Positions 42,480 through 52,336 of a stretch of 64,000 nucleotides of DNA are shown in pieces. Positions within the stretch are counted from its first letter, which is position 1. Every line of letters begins with the position of its first letter. The position numbers were made by a program, and so were the translations under genes. The stretch spans positions 768,001-832,000 of the forward strand of contig CAWCUS010000006.1 in the NCBI GenBank assembly GCA_963798845.1, written 5' to 3'. The notes under the pieces were generated by a model. It saw only the letters and a list, made by a program, of their open reading frames with translations, searched no databases and was not told the DNA's origin. Origin of the DNA: an uncultured Gemmatimonadales bacterium (GTDB taxonomy: Bacteria > Gemmatimonadota > Gemmatimonadetes > Longimicrobiales > RSA9).

Positions 42480-42953
42480 ATGTCGATCCAAGCCATCCGG
42501 CGCACCCTCTTTTCCAGCGACTACGACGTGTTCGCGGACAATGCGCCCGTCACCGTCCTCGACCTGGCGCGCGTGCGCTCCCGCGCCTTCTTCGAGCTCG
42601 GGCCAGAGAGGTACACGGTGCGCCCGGAAGGGTTGACCCACGGCTCTTACATCCTCGAGATCGCCGCCCGCACGATCGCCCGGGCGGAACGGGCATCTCT
42701 ACTCCCGCCGGCGTACCGCGTACGGACCGAGAACCGGATGCTCGAGCTGCGCTCACGCCTTCCTGGCCGGACGTTCGTCGTCCGCCATGGCGACCGGGAG
42801 ATCGGGGCCGTGCGCCCCGCGCACCTCTTCAGCCGGACCGCCCTCGTGGAAGGGCTCGAGGAGCTTCCGATGGCCACCCGCCTGTTCCTGCTGACCATCG
42901 TGCTGCTGCGCTGGCGGCGCAGGGCAAGGGCCGCGGCGTCGGGCGGCAGCTGA
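42480..42953 (+). CDS. Hypothetical protein (LURP1/scramblase-like fold possible)
   Basis: Repeated short beta strands followed by a hydrophobic C-terminal helix. Confidence 0.6.
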   Translation: MSIQAIRRTLFSSDYDVFADNAPVTVLDLARVRSRAFFELGPERYTVRPEGLTHGSYILEIAARTIARAERASLLPPAYRVRTENRMLELRSRLPGRTFVVRHGDREIGAVRPAHLFSRTALVEGLEELPMATRLFLLTIVLLRWRRRARAAASGGS

Positions 42954-43151
42954 CGTCGGGCTCCGCCGGGATCTCCGTTTCCGCCCGCTTGACGTTGACT
43001 GACCGGTCGCTTCGGACCTGAGTCCTGGACCGCGGCGAGACGGGGGGCCGCGGACGCCGTCCCACCATCCACCCGCCGCCGAGAACCTGTCCCGCCGACG
43101 GGCAACGCTGATAAACTGTCCTGACGGGTGCCCCCCAGCCGGAGGCAGCGC

Positions 43152-44030
43152 ATGAGCGTCACCCTCGCCCCGCTGCAACGGCGGCGTCTGGGCCGCACGG
43201 GGCTGGTCGTCTCGCCGCTCGGACTGGCGGCGTTCTCGGTACGTGGCGCGGTCCGCAGACAGCGCGGGCTCACGCCGGAGGACGTGGAGGCCGCGTTCCA
43301 CGAGCACGGCGTCAACACGTTCCTGGCGAGCTATCTGATGCCGGCGATCTGCGAGGGTGTGCGTCGCCTGATCCGCGCCGGCCACCGCGACGAGCTGGTC
43401 CTCGTCTCCGAGGTCGGGGTCCCGCTCCCGGGATCGGTGCGCCGAGGCCTCCAGCGTCACCTGCGCGTGCTGGGCACCGACCACCTCGACGCCTGGCTGT
43501 TCGGCTGGGTGCGCGCGCGCTGGCATGTGCGGCAGTCGGTGTGGGACGAGATGCGACGCCTGCGGGAGGAGGGTCGCACCCGGGCGATCGGATATTCCTC
43601 CCACGACCGGCCGCTGGCGGCGGACCTGGTGGCGGAGCTGGATCCCGACGTGCTCATGGTGCGGTACAATGCTGCCCACCGGGGGGCGGAGCGTGAGGTG
43701 TTCCCGCATCTCGCGGCGAGCCGCGAGGACCGGCCGGGCGTGATCGCCTACACCGCCACCCGCTGGGGAATGCTGCTCGAGCCTCTCCCCGAGCTGGGCT
43801 TCACGGGCATGACGGCGGCGGAGTGCTACCGTTTTTCTCTCGGCCACCCGGCCGTGGACACGGTCTGGTGTGCACCCGGCAGCAGCGCCGAGCTCCGCGA
43901 GGACGTTGAAGGCGCGCGGGCAGGACCACTGGAGCCGGGGCGGCTGGAGGAGGTCCGCCGCTTCGGTGACACCGTCCACGACGCCGCGCGCGGCGGCCGG
44001 CGCTGGATGTTCGGCCGCTCGGCCGGGTGA
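43152..44030 (+). CDS. Aldo/keto reductase family protein
   Basis: GGAGG SD; RRLGRTGLVVSPLGL, LGTDHLD, EGRTRAIGYSSH, MVRYNAAH. Confidence 0.85.
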   Translation: MSVTLAPLQRRRLGRTGLVVSPLGLAAFSVRGAVRRQRGLTPEDVEAAFHEHGVNTFLASYLMPAICEGVRRLIRAGHRDELVLVSEVGVPLPGSVRRGLQRHLRVLGTDHLDAWLFGWVRARWHVRQSVWDEMRRLREEGRTRAIGYSSHDRPLAADLVAELDPDVLMVRYNAAHRGAEREVFPHLAASREDRPGVIAYTATRWGMLLEPLPELGFTGMTAAECYRFSLGHPAVDTVWCAPGSSAELREDVEGARAGPLEPGRLEEVRRFGDTVHDAARGGRRWMFGRSAG

Positions 44031-44121
44031 CTCACCCCGTCCCCGGTCGGCGGGGCGGGCCTGCGGCGGCTCGGATGCTGCGTGCGGGGCGTCGCACCCG
44101 AAGGGAAGAAAGGAGCCGTGC

Positions 44122-44175
44122 GTGGCGGAGCGTGAATACATCGCCGAGATGCTGAAGTCCGGGAGCATCCGTTGA
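44122..44175 (+). CDS. Candidate 17-aa small ORF MAEREYIAEMLKSGSIR
   Basis: AAGGAG SD 6 nt before GTG; codons mostly G/C-ending. Confidence 0.4.
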   Translation: MAEREYIAEMLKSGSIR

Positions 44176-44233
44176 GCGGCGCCTGCAGCGCGGACGATCG
44201 GCGGTGGAGCGAACCACGACGGACGGAGCGGCG

Positions 44234-45058
44234 ATGAGTCGGGCGGACACGTTGGCGGGGCCGACACAGTTCCTTCAATCTCGGGATGGGCGCATCGCGT
44301 ACGACGTCGCTGGCGATGGCCCGCTCGTGCTTTGTGTCCCCGGGATGGGCGAGCTGCGGTCGTCGTTCCGGTTCCTCGCCCCGGAGCTGGTGAGCGCGGG
44401 CTTCCGCGTGGCGACCATGGACCTCCGGGGTCACGGCGAGAGCGACGTGGGCTTCCGCTCCTACGACAATGTGGCCGCGGGCACCAATGTCGTTTCTCTG
44501 CTGGAAGAGCTGGGCGGCGTCGGTATTCTCGTGGGGAACTCCATGGGCGCCGGGGCCGCTGCCTGGGCGGCGGCGGAGGTGCCGGAAAAGGTGGCCGGGC
44601 TGGTCCTGGTCGGGCCGTTCGTTCGGCAGGTGCCCGTGGGACGCGCCATGGAGCTGCTGTTTCGCGTTGCCATGATGCGCCCGTGGGGTCGCGCCGCATG
44701 GCTGTCCTGGTACCCCCGCCTGTTTCCGGGGCGCAAGCCACCGGACTTCGAAGAGCACCGGCGCCGGATCGGGCGAGCGCTGCGCGAGCCGGGGCGGTGG
44801 GACGCCTTCGCGGCCACTACCCGGACGTCGCACGCGCCGGTGGAGGCGAGGCTCGACGACGTCCGCGCACCGACGCTCGTGGTCATGGGCTCGGCGGACC
44901 CCGACTTCCCCGATCCCGCGGCCGAGGCTCGCTGGGTCGCGGACCGTCTCGGAGCGACGGTCCTCATGGTGCCGGGGGCCGGCCACTACCCACAGGCCGA
45001 GTACCCGGAGGTGGTGTCACCCGCCGTGGTGGAGTTCGCATCCCGACTGCGGCCGTGA
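44234..45058 (+). CDS. Alpha/beta hydrolase
   Basis: DLRGHGES, nucleophile GNSMG, GSADPD, GAGHYP. Confidence 0.9.
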   Translation: MSRADTLAGPTQFLQSRDGRIAYDVAGDGPLVLCVPGMGELRSSFRFLAPELVSAGFRVATMDLRGHGESDVGFRSYDNVAAGTNVVSLLEELGGVGILVGNSMGAGAAAWAAAEVPEKVAGLVLVGPFVRQVPVGRAMELLFRVAMMRPWGRAAWLSWYPRLFPGRKPPDFEEHRRRIGRALREPGRWDAFAATTRTSHAPVEARLDDVRAPTLVVMGSADPDFPDPAAEARWVADRLGATVLMVPGAGHYPQAEYPEVVSPAVVEFASRLRP

Positions 45059-45753
45059 ACGACCGCTCAGCGCCGGCATCCGCAGGCGCGCCGATCTGGC
45101 CGTTCGTCGCGCCGTTCGCGCTCTTCATCGGCCTGCTCGCAGTCGAGCCGTACCTTGCGGACGCCGTGGCGCCGACCCTCGATCCGCGCTGGCTCTACGG
45201 CATCCGCTCCGCCCTCACCGCCGCGCTGCTCATCGCCCTTTGGCCCCGGTACGCCGCGATTCCCGGCATCTGGGGGCCCCGCGCGGCAGGGGGTGCGGCG
45301 TGGGTGGCGGGCGGGCTCGTCGGCGTCGCGGTGCTCGTCGCCTGGGTCCTCCTGGACGTGCCTCCGTTCGTGCTCGGGGAAGCGCACGCCTTCGACCCCA
45401 CGGTCGGCGACCGGGTGCACGTCGGCCTCGCCGCGGCCCGCGTGGCGGGGGCGACGCTCGTGGTCCCCGTCATGGAGGAGCTGTTCTGGCGCTGCTTCAT
45501 CATGCGCTGGCTGGAGCGCCCTCGCTTCCTCGAAGTGCTCCCGCGCAACGTGGGGTGGAAGGCGCTGCTCATCTCTTCCGCCGTTTTCGCGCTGGAGCAC
45601 CGCCTCTGGCTGGCGGGGTTGCTGGCGGGCCTCGCCTATGGGGAGCTGTACAGGCGCACCGGGAGCCTCCGCGTGGCCATCTTCGCCCACGCCGTCACCA
45701 ACGGGCTGTTGGGCGCCTACGTCCTCGTGACGGGAAGCTGGAGCTTCTGGTGA
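45055..45753 (+). CDS. CAAX prenyl protease-related (CPBP) protein, PEP-CTERM-system-associated type
   Basis: VVPVMEELFWR, FALEH..WLAG, AHAVTN, C-terminal W.FW; GTGA overlap with the hydrolase. Confidence 0.85.
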   Translation: MNDRSAPASAGAPIWPFVAPFALFIGLLAVEPYLADAVAPTLDPRWLYGIRSALTAALLIALWPRYAAIPGIWGPRAAGGAAWVAGGLVGVAVLVAWVLLDVPPFVLGEAHAFDPTVGDRVHVGLAAARVAGATLVVPVMEELFWRCFIMRWLERPRFLEVLPRNVGWKALLISSAVFALEHRLWLAGLLAGLAYGELYRRTGSLRVAIFAHAVTNGLLGAYVLVTGSWSFW

Positions 45754-45843
45754 CGCAGGCCCGGGAAGTCGTGAGCCGGCGCACGCCGACCGATCGCCGG
45801 CCATCGGCGCAGGCGGTCAGGGCCCCGGCTTCGAAGTGTTCAC

Positions 45844-46638
45844 CTACAAACGGGTGATCAGATAGACGATCGGCGGGATCAGTACCAGCACGCTCCTCAG
45901 CATTCCGAGCGAGAAGATGCCGCCCTTCTTCTTCTCCGGAACCATGATGCGGTCGCCGGCCTGGAGATTGAGCTGGTCGAGCGTCCGTCCTGCGGTGACG
46001 GCCTGCTGGAGGGCGTCGCCTGCCCACACCACGCGGTCGCCGCGGCGGATCTCCATGTGGTCGAGGTCCGCACTCGAGATCGGGCCGCCGGCCGTCATGA
46101 GGGCATCCTGGATCATGGCGTCGGCAGGGATGACATAGAAGCCCTGCTGCCCCACCTGCCCCAGTACGGCGAGCCGGATCAGGCTGTGGGCGCGCACGTT
46201 GGCATCCCGTACGTAGCGAGCGATCTGCTGCGCCAGGTGCTGCTCCAGCTCCGATCGCAGAACGCCCGCCAGCGACACTTCGCCGATATCGGGCAGCACG
46301 ATTACACGGCCGGGCTGAACCGCCACGGTGTCGCTCAGCTGCGGCTGTCCCTGGACCCACAGGACCACGCGGTCTCCGATCTGGAAGTCACCCGTCTGCA
46401 GACGGCTGCGGATGAACTCCGCCTCCCTCTGGGCCTGGTCCCGCACCTTCGAGCTGTAGCCGGGAGATTCCGCGGCCTCGTCCAGCCGCTGGACGATTTC
46501 GGTCAGCTGGGCCCGGGTCATCTCGGTGGTGCGGGGGTCCCAACGGATCCCGCTCTGGGCAGCCACCGGAGCCGTGCCTGCGGCCAGCAGGCCCGCGGCG
46601 ACGAGGCTCCGCGCCAGAAGTGGATATATCCTGCTCAT
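45844..46638 (-). CDS. Polysaccharide export (Wza-like, Poly_export/SLBB) protein
   Basis: FQIGDRVVLWV, VLGQVGQQGFY, DALMTAGG, LQAGDRIMVP. Confidence 0.85.
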   Translation of the reverse strand: MSRIYPLLARSLVAAGLLAAGTAPVAAQSGIRWDPRTTEMTRAQLTEIVQRLDEAAESPGYSSKVRDQAQREAEFIRSRLQTGDFQIGDRVVLWVQGQPQLSDTVAVQPGRVIVLPDIGEVSLAGVLRSELEQHLAQQIARYVRDANVRAHSLIRLAVLGQVGQQGFYVIPADAMIQDALMTAGGPISSADLDHMEIRRGDRVVWAGDALQQAVTAGRTLDQLNLQAGDRIMVPEKKKGGIFSLGMLRSVLVLIPPIVYLITRL

Positions 46639-49034
46639 GCTGGAGCCTCCAGCTGTGCCGGTTCGTGTAGCTCGTTCTCATCCCGCGCGGCGTAGCCCGG
46701 GACGTAGCGGTAATACCCGTACCCGGACAATGGCGGCACCCCGTTGAACACTGCGCCGAGAAGGCGGATCGGAAGCCGCTCCAGCAGGTCCAGCTTGCTC
46801 TCCGCCATGTCCCGGTTCGTGGTCCCGCTCCGCACCACCACCAGCATGTTGCCGGTGAGCGTCCCGAGGGCGAACGGGTCCACGCCCGCGCCCAGCGGCG
46901 GGCTGTCCACGAGGATTGCGTCGTAGTCGCCGCGCAGACCCAGGAGCAGGTCCCGCATGGCCGCGGAGCTGAGCAGCTCCGGCCCGTGCCTGAGGCGGGA
47001 ACCGGAAGTGATCAGGTGCAGCCGCTCATAGCGCGTATGGCGGATCAGCTGGTCTTCCTCGATGGTCCCGTCCAGGAAGTCCATCAGGCCCGGCTTGCGC
47101 TCGCTGTCCAGGACGCGGTGGAGCGTCCCCCGGCGGATGTCTCCGTCGACCAGGAGCGTCCGGTAGCCGAGCTCCGAGAACGAGAGCGCCAGGTTCGACG
47201 CGACGAAGGATTTGCCGTCTCCGGGCCCCGGGCTCGATATCGTGAGCATCAGCGGGCCGGCGGAGCCGTACGCGTTCACCACGTTCAGCCGGATCGTCCG
47301 GAACGCCTCCAGGACCTCGTCCGTATGCTCCGTGTTCACCCGCTTCTTCCGAAGGTTCGGGATGCTGCCCAGCATGGTCAGCCCCATCTCCCTCGTGACC
47401 TGGTCCGCGTAGCGAAGCCGCGGGTCGAAGCGGTCGCGCAGGATCGCGCCCGCGACGCCCAGGCCCAGACTCAGGCCGAACGCCATCAGGATCAGCTGGA
47501 TCTTCTGGTCCGCCAGCGGTGCCTGCGGCACGGTCGCCTCGTCCAGCACCCGGACGTCCGGAATGCTGCTCGCCGCCGCCAGGCGGGCGGCTTCATAGCG
47601 GGACTGGAGCGTCGTGTACAGGTTGGTCGCGATCGACACACGCCGCTGCAGCCGCGCTTCCTCGATCGTCCGCGGAGGCACCTGCCGGAGCTCCGACGAG
47701 GCGGACGTCAGGTTCTTCTCGATCGCGCCGCGGCGCGCTGCGAGCTCCGATGCGAGCGAGCGCGCCAGCCGCGGGATCGTTGATTGCTCCAGCGTCCGGA
47801 TCTCCTCCGCAAGCTGCTTCAACGGCGGGTACTCCTCCGTGTACTGGTACTGCAGCGCCCGCAGGTCCGCTCGCTTCTTCGTCAGCTCGTTCAGCGCCGC
47901 CGACAGCTCCGCCGAGTTCTGAACCGACCCGATCGCTTCGAACGCCTCCGGCTGCACGCCGTTCGGGTCCTGCAGCGCGCGCAGGATCGCTTCCCGGTCC
48001 CGGGTCAGCTGCTCCGACTGCACCCGCATGTCGAAGAAGTTCTGGAAGACCGGGCCCTGCGTCATCGCGATCCCGGGAGTGATCGGCGTCGATGGCTCCG
48101 ACGGCAGCGTCACCGTGTGGATCTTGAAGCTCTCCAGCTCCCCTTCCGACTCCTTCAGCGACTCCTGCGCGTCCGCCAGCTGCTCGTCCAGGATCTTGAC
48201 CAGCTCATCCTGCTTCGCCCGCTTCAGCTGACCCGCTACCTCAATGTAGCGCTCCGCGATGGCGTTCAGGGTCCCCGCCGTCTTGGACGGGTCATTCCCG
48301 CGCAGCTCCAGGCGCAGGAAGTTGCCCATCTTGTCCAGCGACGTGCGCAGTCTGTTCCCCAGCATCAGCGATTCCTGGCGCGGCACCGAGATATGGAAAT
48401 CCACGGGCCGGTCCGCCGGGAACGAGGAGAGCGTCGGCTGCCATTGGAACCCGATCCTCGCACCCACGGAATCGCCGAAGCTCCCGCTCTCGACCCGGGT
48501 CCCGTCCCCACGCTCCAGCACGTACGTGCGCGCCCGCCGGTCCACCCGGAGCCGGAAATCACCGGGTGCGAACCGCTCCTTCAGGGTGAACCCGTCCAGA
48601 AGCATCGAGTCCGCCGGCTGCACCGGGTGCAGGTAGAGCTTCTCCGAGCGGACCACGTAATCCAGCACGACGAACGACCGCAGGAGGTCCACCCATGCCG
48701 ACGACGCCAGCAGCTCCTCCGATTGGATCGGCCCCGCGTCCGATCCGCCGCCCCTCCGGTCCGGCTGCTCGATCCATACCGTCGCCTGCGCCACATACTC
48801 CGGCTCCACGTACCGCGTGGCGAACGCACCGCCACCCGTGCCCAGAACCGTGAGCGCGAGGATGACCCACTTGTACCGAAGCACGGCCGCCAGCATCCGC
48901 TTCGGGTTCGCGCCGCCTTCCTCCTCATCCTTCGGGAAGGACGGCGGCAACGCGTTGTCCCGCGCCCGGGGCACCGGCGCCTGCTCCGTGCGGACCAGGT
49001 CCACCGGAGTCTCTGAAGATCGGTTCTCTGCCAT
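46635..49034 (-). CDS. wzc: Polysaccharide co-polymerase / tyrosine autokinase
   Basis: Two TMs around a coiled coil; EAFRTIRLN, Walker A GPGDGKS, LLVDGDIRR, ILVDSPP, C-terminal GYGYYRY. Confidence 0.9.
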   Translation of the reverse strand: MAENRSSETPVDLVRTEQAPVPRARDNALPPSFPKDEEEGGANPKRMLAAVLRYKWVILALTVLGTGGGAFATRYVEPEYVAQATVWIEQPDRRGGGSDAGPIQSEELLASSAWVDLLRSFVVLDYVVRSEKLYLHPVQPADSMLLDGFTLKERFAPGDFRLRVDRRARTYVLERGDGTRVESGSFGDSVGARIGFQWQPTLSSFPADRPVDFHISVPRQESLMLGNRLRTSLDKMGNFLRLELRGNDPSKTAGTLNAIAERYIEVAGQLKRAKQDELVKILDEQLADAQESLKESEGELESFKIHTVTLPSEPSTPITPGIAMTQGPVFQNFFDMRVQSEQLTRDREAILRALQDPNGVQPEAFEAIGSVQNSAELSAALNELTKKRADLRALQYQYTEEYPPLKQLAEEIRTLEQSTIPRLARSLASELAARRGAIEKNLTSASSELRQVPPRTIEEARLQRRVSIATNLYTTLQSRYEAARLAAASSIPDVRVLDEATVPQAPLADQKIQLILMAFGLSLGLGVAGAILRDRFDPRLRYADQVTREMGLTMLGSIPNLRKKRVNTEHTDEVLEAFRTIRLNVVNAYGSAGPLMLTISSPGPGDGKSFVASNLALSFSELGYRTLLVDGDIRRGTLHRVLDSERKPGLMDFLDGTIEEDQLIRHTRYERLHLITSGSRLRHGPELLSSAAMRDLLLGLRGDYDAILVDSPPLGAGVDPFALGTLTGNMLVVVRSGTTNRDMAESKLDLLERLPIRLLGAVFNGVPPLSGYGYYRYVPGYAARDENELHEPAQLEAPA

Positions 49035-49322
49035 GACTGCGCTTTATCTTGTCCTGGGCGGAAATCCAAATGGGGTGGGGAGAGGACGGGCACCCCAGAA
49101 GCATCGGCTCATCTGCAACTGCAATGCCGCCAAATCGCCCTCTCGCGCATCATATTGCGCGAACTTGCCCGAAAACTAACGATAACCTGCGTCCCGCAGG
49201 GGCACCACCCCGCGCGACGCCCCCGGACGGCGGCTCGAACCGGCCGGTGTTGCGGTCCATCCACAGTTCGTGGCCGGATCACCACAGAGCGGCCCCATCG
49301 GCGGCTCGGCCACCAAATTCTA

Positions 49323-49346
49323 AAGTCGTTGTGCCACAGGCACTTG
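49323..49346. promoter_or_regulatory. IHF-like imperfect palindrome in the divergent wzc/priming-GT intergenic region
   Basis: AAGTCGTTG-N5-CAGGCACTT; same 9-5-9 geometry as 4101-4123. Confidence 0.4.
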
Positions 49347-49457
49347 CGAGGGAGATACCGCGATGAGCCACAATGCGAACGCGCCTTGCACTCGTTTCCG
49401 GCAGCGGTCAATTGCACACCCTTGTCGGTCTACCTCCAACAGTCGGAACGAGAAAGC

Positions 49458-50231
49458 GTGATCCCCACTTTCCAGGATCCCGGGTTGCACGGCGCCCGAC
49501 GCAGGGCCGTGAATTTGGCACCTCTGAAGTTCGACGGCACGAGCATCGTGACGGCGGACCTCCCCACCTGGGCGAGCCTCGACTTCGGCGCCCTGGGTGG
49601 TGAAGGGACGCGACGCGTGTTGAACGTGGTGGTCGCATTCGTCGCGCTCGTGGTCCTCCTTCCCGTGATGGCGCTGGTCGCGCTGCTGGTCTGGCTTTCC
49701 TCGCCGGGTCCGGTGATCTATCGTCAGACGCGGGTAGGCGTGGACCGCAGGAGCCCGCGTCTGCCGTCGGGGAACTGGCGGCGGAGTGACGATCTCGGCG
49801 GTCGGCCGTTCACGATGTACAAGTTCCGGACCATGTACGAGGCCGATCAGGCGGTGGAGGTCTGGGCCACGCCGGACGATCCGCGGGTCACGCCGTTGGG
49901 GCGGATTCTCCGGCAGTTCCGTCTGGACGAGCTGCCGCAGCTGGTGAACGTGCTGAAGGGCGACATGAACATCGTGGGCCCGCGGCCGGAGCAGCCGAGC
50001 ATCTTCGCCGAGCTGCGGGAGCAGGTGCCTGGCTACGAGCACAGGCAGCGGGTGCTGCCGGGGATCACGGGCTGGGCGCAGGTCAGTCGCCCGTACGACA
50101 CCTCGGTCGAGGATGTCCGGCGCAAGGTGGAGCTCGACCTGGAGTACATCAACCGGACCTCGGTTGCGCACGATTTCCTGATCATGCTGCAGACGGTCCC
50201 GGTACTGATCGGAAGAAAAGGAGCCTGGTGA
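49458..50231 (+). CDS. Priming sugar (polyprenyl-phosphate phosphoglycosyl) transferase; start uncertain
   Basis: FTMYKFRTM, DDPRVT, RLDELPQL.NVLKGDM..VGPRPE, PGITGWAQV. Confidence 0.92.
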   Translation: MIPTFQDPGLHGARRRAVNLAPLKFDGTSIVTADLPTWASLDFGALGGEGTRRVLNVVVAFVALVVLLPVMALVALLVWLSSPGPVIYRQTRVGVDRRSPRLPSGNWRRSDDLGGRPFTMYKFRTMYEADQAVEVWATPDDPRVTPLGRILRQFRLDELPQLVNVLKGDMNIVGPRPEQPSIFAELREQVPGYEHRQRVLPGITGWAQVSRPYDTSVEDVRRKVELDLEYINRTSVAHDFLIMLQTVPVLIGRKGAW

Positions 50232-51127
50232 AGGGTGCCGCCGTGCACGTCCGCGCCTCGCCGCAACAGCGGGCGGTGGCCCGGACGGAGCGTTTTCAGT
50301 GGCAGATCGCCGTCCCCATAGCCGTAGCGGTGGCGGCGTTCGTCATTCTGTACGCAGAGCCGTTCAGGACGCTGGTCCGCGACTGGTGGTCCGACCCGGA
50401 GGCCGCGCACGGGCTGCTGCTGGCGCCGCTTGCCGCCTGGCTGCTGTGGCGCCGGGGACTGATCGCTGAGCCGCGACGCCAGCGTCTTCTGGGCGGTGCA
50501 ATGCTGCTGGCCGCTGTCGCGCTCCGCTACGCGTCGGGTCTCGCGGCGGAACTTTTCACCATGCGGTTCTCGCTGCTGCTCGCCGGGGCGGCGCTGGTGG
50601 TTTACACGCGCGGCTTCCGTCAGCTTCTTCACTGGTGGCTCCCGGTCACGCTTCTCCTGCTCTCCATCCCGTTGCCTGCAGTCGTGACCGGCACGCTCGC
50701 GCTCCCGCTCCAGTTCAGGGCGTCGCAGATGGGCGCCGCGCTGCTCGGGTGGCGTCACGTCCCGGTCCTGCTGGAGGGGAACGTGATCCACATGCCGGGC
50801 CAGAGCCTGTTCGTCACGGAAGCGTGCAGCGGACTGCGATCGCTCACGGCGCTGCTCGCGCTCGGAGTCCTCATCGGGGGCTTGTGGCTGCAGAAGCCCG
50901 TGTCGCGGGCGCTGCTGGTCCTGCTTGCCCTCCCCGTGGCCGTGTTCCTGAACGGGATCCGGGTCTTTCTAACGGGCTTTTTCGTGTTCTACGTGAGCCC
51001 GGAGATGGGACGCGGCTTGATGCACTACACGGAAGGCTGGGTGATTTTCGTCGCGGCGTTCGCGATCCTCGGCGGCTTCGCCTGGCTCCTCACCGCGGCC
51101 GAAGAGCGGCTGGGAAGGGCTTCGTGA
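50228..51127 (+). CDS. epsH: Exosortase (EpsH family)
   Basis: Multi-TM; catalytic Cys in VTEACSGLRS, Arg in NGIRV, His in MHYTEG. Confidence 0.92.
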   Translation: MKGAAVHVRASPQQRAVARTERFQWQIAVPIAVAVAAFVILYAEPFRTLVRDWWSDPEAAHGLLLAPLAAWLLWRRGLIAEPRRQRLLGGAMLLAAVALRYASGLAAELFTMRFSLLLAGAALVVYTRGFRQLLHWWLPVTLLLLSIPLPAVVTGTLALPLQFRASQMGAALLGWRHVPVLLEGNVIHMPGQSLFVTEACSGLRSLTALLALGVLIGGLWLQKPVSRALLVLLALPVAVFLNGIRVFLTGFFVFYVSPEMGRGLMHYTEGWVIFVAAFAILGGFAWLLTAAEERLGRAS

Positions 51128-51795
51128 ATCGGCACATCGCGCTCTGGTTCCCGGCCGCAGTCCTGGTTCTCGGGGCCGCGGTGACCGTGGGCGTCGACAC
51201 CCAGCGCGCGCTCCCGCTTCAGCGCGGCCTGGACGACGCCGTCCCCCGGCGTATCGACGGTTACCTCGGCGCCGACCAGCAGATCGCGGAGGAGGAGCTC
51301 CGGGTAGTGGGCGTGTCCGACTACCTGTACCGGGTCTTCCGGCCCGCGCCGGCCGGTGCTTCGGCGCCCGCAGTGGCCGGCGCGGAGGCGTCGCCGTACT
51401 CGCTCTACGTCGGCTACTACGACCAGCAGCAGCGAGGCAGGACCATCCACTCGCCGAAGAACTGCCTCCCGGGTGCCGGGTGGGAGGCGCTGACGTCGGC
51501 GAGCCAGAAGATCGCGGTCGGAAACGGCGCGGTGACGGTGAACCGCTACCTGATCCAGAGGGAGGACGAGCGGGCGCTGGTGCTTTACTGGTACCAGGGT
51601 CGGGGCCGGGTTGCGTCGAACGAGTATCGGGTCAAGCTCGATCTCCTGCGCGACTCCGCACTGAAGGGCCGGAGCGACGAGGCGCTGGTCCGGATCGTGG
51701 TCCCCGTGACCCGCACGGCGGACGAGGCGCTCGGCCGGGCGACGACCGCCGCGCAGGCCATCATACCGGCGCTCTGGTCCGCCTTGCCGTCGTGA
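51124..51795 (+). CDS. epsI: EpsI family protein
   Basis: LYVGYY..Q....IHSPKNCLPGAGW, VLYWYQGRGR, DEALVRI; GTGA overlap. Confidence 0.92.
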   Translation: MNRHIALWFPAAVLVLGAAVTVGVDTQRALPLQRGLDDAVPRRIDGYLGADQQIAEEELRVVGVSDYLYRVFRPAPAGASAPAVAGAEASPYSLYVGYYDQQQRGRTIHSPKNCLPGAGWEALTSASQKIAVGNGAVTVNRYLIQREDERALVLYWYQGRGRVASNEYRVKLDLLRDSALKGRSDEALVRIVVPVTRTADEALGRATTAAQAIIPALWSALPS

Positions 51796-51805
51796 GGAGG
51801 GGCAG

Positions 51806-52336
51806 TTGAACAGAGGTGATCCGCTCGGGAAGGTGCTGAGGGCCATGTACGGCGTGGCCGCGATCCTCGTGCTCGCCCCGCTGATGGACCTTTCGACGCG
51901 TGTTTGGCCGGTCCACCCCGGATCGCCCAACTGGCGCTTCGGCACGTCCGGTCTCTTCGCCAGCGCGCTCCTTCTGCCGTTGCTGGGGCTGGCCGTTGCG
52001 CTCGGTACGGCCGCGGCGCTCCGGCATCGACGAACCCTGCGGGTGCTGTCCCTGGGCGCCTACGTGGCCGCGATCGGGATGCTGTTCGGCGCAGGGCTCT
52101 TTGCGCTGGACTTCCTCCAGCTCCGGGGGAACGTGGAGCCGACGATGCTGGGTCGGTACGATGTCGCTTCGGTCAAGGCCGGAGTGCTGCTGCTGCTGGC
52201 CGTGGTGGTGACGGCCTGGCTCGGCGCAGGCGGCTGGAGGGCTGCGCGCGCCGTTTCCAGGCGCGACGCTGTATCCGGGCGATCCGGTCGCGTCGGAGTT
52301 TTGGTGAAATCGAGTGCTCGAGAGGAAGCGTCATGA
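51806..52336 (+). CDS. Hypothetical 4-TM membrane protein
   Basis: GAGGAGG SD; four hydrophobic segments; WRFG motif; stop overlaps the PEP-CTERM ATG. Confidence 0.75.
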   Translation: MNRGDPLGKVLRAMYGVAAILVLAPLMDLSTRVWPVHPGSPNWRFGTSGLFASALLLPLLGLAVALGTAAALRHRRTLRVLSLGAYVAAIGMLFGAGLFALDFLQLRGNVEPTMLGRYDVASVKAGVLLLLAVVVTAWLGAGGWRAARAVSRRDAVSGRSGRVGVLVKSSAREEAS

